Below, one piece after another: positions 59,733-64,000 of a DNA stretch of 64,000 bases. A model generated the notes under the pieces. The model was given only the letters and a program-made list of their open reading frames with translations. It made no database searches and had not been told where the DNA came from. Position numbers and translations under genes: made by a program. Source of the DNA: Fistulifera solaris (taxonomy: Eukaryota); the NCBI GenBank assembly GCA_030295235.1, contig AP026140.1, positions 496,001-560,000 of the forward strand, written 5' to 3'. Each line of letters begins with the position of its first letter. The stretch's first letter is position 1.

Positions 59733-61895
59733 ATGCCCGTCTACAATTTCAAGTCGATGAATCCAGTGCCGACGGCATCGGAGTTGATCGACATTGTCCT
59801 CATGAGGACTCAACGAAGGACCCCCACCGTGATTCACCCTGGATACAAGATCACACGTATTCGATCATTTTAGTAAGTTTGTCTATGAGTGAAGGCGTTT
59901 CTGTGATTTGTATTTCTAACAGAGACTTTTATCGATCCCTACAGTATGAGAAAAATCAAGTTTACGCAACAGACCATTTCGGAGCGTCTGAGCAACATTC
60001 TGATGGACTTTCCTCGCCTGAACGACATTCACCCGTTTTATGCCGATCTCTGCAATACGCTCTATGATCGCGATCACTACAAATTGGCCCTCGGTCAGAT
60101 TAACACGGCTCGCTCACTGGTGGACTCGATTGCGCGGGACATGCTCCGCATGGTCAAATATGGAGACTCGCTCTACCGGTGCAAATGTCTGAAGCGTGCG
60201 GCGTTGGGACGCATGTGCACTGTTCTCAAGCGTCAAAAGGCTTCTTTGGCATATTTGGAAGAAGTTCGAAAGCATTTGTCGCGTTTGCCCGCGATTGATC
60301 CCAATACGCGAACCTTGCTCATGTGCGGGTTGCCCAACGTGGGCAAGTCGAGTTTCATGAACAAGATCACGCGGGGCAATGTCGATGTTCAGCCGTATGC
60401 TTTTACCACAAAGTCTCTCTTTGTAGGTCACTGCGATTACAAATACTTGCGTTGGCAAGTCATCGACACTCCTGGTATTCTGGACCATCCCTTGGAGGAG
60501 CGCAATACCATTGAAATGCAGGCTATTATTGCTCTCGCACATTTGACATGCAGTGTATTGTACTTTGTTGACATTTCGGAACAGTGCGGATACACCATTG
60601 AGCAGCAATGCTCCTTATTCCGCAGTATCAAGCCGTTGTTTGCGAACAAGCAGCTCATTGTGGTGGTCAATAAGGTTGACCAGCAACCCTGGGAAACGCT
60701 CGACCCGGTCAAGAAAGACATGGTCGAAGACCTGGTCAAAGAATCCAACTGCTCCTTGATGACAATGTCCAATATTTCGGAGCATGGCGTTTCGGAGGTC
60801 AAGATGGCAGCCTGCGACAAATTGTTGGAATCTCGAGTCGACTCTCGTATTGCGGGCAAGAAGATTGATGGCGTCATGAATCGCTTGCAAGTCTTTTATC
60901 CGAAACCTCGTGACCATGTCAAGAGAGAAGCCTATGTCCCGGATTCCGTCTTGAATGACAAGTCGAGCGTCCCGCAGCGTTCGCGTGTCGGATATGCTCC
61001 GACCGTCAACGATGACGATGACGATGTGGACATGCACGACACGCCGAAATTGGCCCGCGAACTCATGTGGGAAAACGGTGGCCCCGGTGTGTGGGCACCG
61101 GATTACCGCGATATTTACGATCTCAAGGACGATTCGTGGAAGTACGACGCCATTCCCGAGATTATTGACGGCAAGAATATTGCCGACTTTGTCGATCCGG
61201 ATATTTTGCGCAAATTGGAAGAGTTGGAACGAGAAGAAGAGCAGATTGTGTCCGAATTGGAAGCGGCCAAGATGGGCGAGGACCCTGAGTCCGATTTGGA
61301 CAGTGAAGAAGAAGCGGCAGTAGAAGCGATCCGCGAGCGCAAGAAGACCATCAAGATGATGAAGTTAGCCAACAATAGCCGCAATAAGCCCGTTGTGCCG
61401 CTGGAAATTCGCGGAAAAGCCAAAGACAAACACGATAAGGGAGCCCTTGACGGCCAGGAAATCAAGAAGAAGCTCGATAGTTTGGGCATCGAATCTGAAA
61501 AGATTGTCGAGAGAGGACGCAAAATGGCGGTAGAGCGCGGCCGCAAGAGAGAAAGATCCGTAAGCCGTCTGCGTGGAGCACAAGACGATGCCGAGATGGA
61601 AGATGTTGTTGACACGGAAGGTATGAGCAACAAACAACTCAAGAAAGTGAAGAAAGACCAACAGAATGCCAAGAAGGACGAATTGAGTCGGGCACGCAGC
61701 CATTCTCGTCCCCGAGAACCCTCTCAAATGGGTTTGAAGGACGAAAAATCGGTGAACATTGCGTTAAAGTTGGAGCGTGAAGGTCGAAAGGCGTGGGTGG
61801 GAGGCGCCGGAGAAGGAGATCAACGCAAGGCGGTCCATCTTGTGAAATGGTGTAACACGGGCAAGAAAAGAAACGGAACCCATTACCAGAGATAA
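59733..61895 (+). CDS. NOG1: Nucleolar GTP-binding protein 1
   Basis: [71 protein letters not shown]. Intron 59873-59944. Confidence 0.97.
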
Positions 61896-62292
61896 GTTGA
61901 ATGGTTTGAAAGTTTAATAAGCTGTTATATTTTAATTAGACGAAGTTCGATCCCAATCATGCATGTCGACTTATCTATTACTTCGTTCCTCGATCGTTTG
62001 CTCTAGCTAGGTACCGCATTATTTCTTACAGTAGTACTCCGTACTTCTTTTCCTAAGAGTGCATGTAACCGTTCGGACATTGTAGTCGTATACGATCGCC
62101 AACCGCCGCGTCAGCACGTCGTCACGTCTCCTCAGACGATCGAGAGATTCACCACCCGAAGTAGTTTGCGCGATAACAAAAAAGATAATTATATTATTGT
62201 CTGTTTCCGGTGCATAGAGTTCCTTTCTTATTACGATACAATGCTGATTTGAATTTCAATTACACAAATTAATTAATAAAACACATTTGACT

Positions 62293-64000
62293 ATGTTACG
62301 CGCGGCTGCGAAGATCCCTCGTCGTTGTTGCCGTTACAAATCGAGCGTTGCGACGATCGAAGACCCGGCGTCCGCTCTGAGTGCCGAAATCAAACGATTG
62401 CGTCACATTCGCAATGTCGGAGTCTTTGCTCACGTCGATGCGGGAAAAACGACGGTAACAGAACGCATGTTGGCGTTGGCGGGGATTGTGCATCGCGCCG
62501 GTTCGGTCGATGAAGGAAATACGGTTACGGATTGGTACGTTGGAGTGACCATACGTTTCCTTCTCTGGGAGATTTTTCGAATGCTAACATACTATGTTTT
62601 CGTACTTTAAGGCTTCCCGCCGAACGAGAACGCGGAATTACCATTCAAAGTGCCGCAATCTCATTTCAGTGGGATTGGCACAACAATCGGAAAGGAGATG
62701 ATTACGAAGCGAATGATAGCGTATCCATTTCGTTAATTGATAATCCGGGACATGTGGATTTTAGCGTCGAAGTGAATCGTACGGTGGCCGTCTTGGATGG
62801 TGCGGTGTTGGTGGTCGATGCAGTGGCGGGTGTCCAAGCGCAAACGGAGACCGTGTGGCGTGCCATGACCCGGCCATCCCTCAACAATCACAATCCGGTC
62901 GAACATAAAGTCGAACGACAAGATCATGCCCATGAGCCATTGCCGTGTTTGGCAATGGTGAACAAAATGGACAAGGAGGGATGTCATTTTGGCAACGCGA
63001 TCGCGTCGTTACGGCAAAAACTTCCGGGGGCCAATCCCATTCCCATTCAAATACCATTGTTTCGTTCGTCGTCGACCCAGGCCGGAATATTCCCTTATGG
63101 CGTCGTCGCGGCATCGGCGAATGATGATGGTGGAGGTTTGAGTGGCGAATTTGTCGGTTTGGTCGATTTAGTGCACATGCGGGCCGTCTTGTGGCCCGAA
63201 GGAAACAATGTGGTCGAAAATTGCGTACCGCAAACCATCCAGCTACTCCAACCGGTCACTCACGAAGCGGTCGATCCGAATTGTTCCGTCACACAGCAAG
63301 CATTGCGTGCACGTTCGAATTTAATAGAACTGCTGGCCGATTGTGACGAAGAAATTGCCGAATTGTTCTTGGCGGAAGAGGAACCCGATAATGCCACGTT
63401 GCGAATGGCGTTGCGGAGAGCGACGTTGTCTCGGAAAGCGTTACCAGTAGTAACAGGTGCTGCGTTGCGTGGAAAAGGCATTGAGCCGCTGTTAGACGCC
63501 ATTGCTGATTTGTTACCGAGTCCACTCGATCGCCTACCACCCGCGCTGGTGTCCTTGGAGCAAGGCCATAATGAAAAGCCCGGAAGTATCACCGTAGGCC
63601 ATCCGTTGCATTCCCAGGTTCTCGCGTTCGCATTCAAGGTCGTGCATATGAAAGGACGGGGAGGTAGTGGCGATGGACGCGTGGTGTTTGCTCGAGTCTA
63701 TTCCGGAGAACTCCGAGAAAGGGATTGTCTTCGCGTACTGAGTCCTCCATCGCCGGGGGGAACGTACGGTTGTCCCCCGCATCGAGCGTATCGGATCCAT
63801 GCTGGAATTGGCCGGCGGTCGTTTTGATCGTCTGGAATCCGGCGTTTGCCGGAGTGGCGAAGTCTGCGCATTGGTCGGACTCAAGTCTGTCGTCACAGGT
63901 GATACGATTTTGATGGGACCTGAGAAAGGAAACAAGAAACAACAAAAGAAGAATAATCCCTTGGTCTGTCTTGCAGGAGTGGCAGCACCCAAGCCAGTTT
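62293..64000 (+). CDS. GFM2: EF-G family GTPase, probably mitochondrial EF-G2 / ribosome-releasing factor 2; partial
   Basis: Basic presequence, [35 protein letters not shown]...[25 protein letters not shown]. Intron 62535-62611; frame break in the G6 run near 63757. Confidence 0.82.

Noticed and set aside
62737..62762. DNPG instead of DTPG in the EF-G2 G3 motif
   Set aside because: The DxxG consensus is preserved, and a single-base difference cannot be trusted in this assembly.
1740..63760. Programmed ribosomal frameshifting or mass pseudogenisation
   Set aside because: Breaks go in both directions, sit in homopolymers with no shared slippery or stop motif, and the flanking motifs are intact.
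1..64000. tRNA, rRNA or snRNA genes
   Set aside because: None recognised by eye; tRNAscan-SE or Infernal would be needed to exclude them.

Overview
Gene-dense eukaryotic nuclear DNA, most likely from a diatom. The evidence is short GT-AG introns of about 60-120 nt, a CoDi-like copia element, a bipartite plastid-targeting peptide and several families I associate with diatoms or stramenopiles. The window opens in the 3' end of a Ty1/copia LTR retrotransposon and then carries about 30 protein-coding genes: a C3HC/NIPA-like protein, CNOT11, a CAF16-type ABC ATPase, patatin, PAF1, a TPR-like protein, a secreted Pro/Thr/Ser repeat protein, an F-box/Kelch protein, OCRL, a REC114-like protein, ECO1, an HSF, a RAD51 paralogue, ATG10, HTATSF1, a twin-CX9C protein, DUF3727, SLC35B2, DCC1, kinesin-13, CDIN1, a MAPR/cytochrome b5 protein, PECT, a Myb-like protein, NOG1 and mitochondrial EF-G2. 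The most striking object is a gene of about 13.7 kb (roughly 4,400 aa) that the ORF track breaks into about 8 pieces. Its architecture is SH3 + Pro-rich/DPF linker + large unknown region + DUF3638/DUF3645 P-loop region + poly-Glu + paired EF-hands + Vps62-like C-terminus, and the P-loop motif series parallels SecA/SF2 ATPases. Many genes show single-base frame breaks in homopolymer runs, best read as long-read assembly errors. All calls come from motif recognition by eye; no searches were run.
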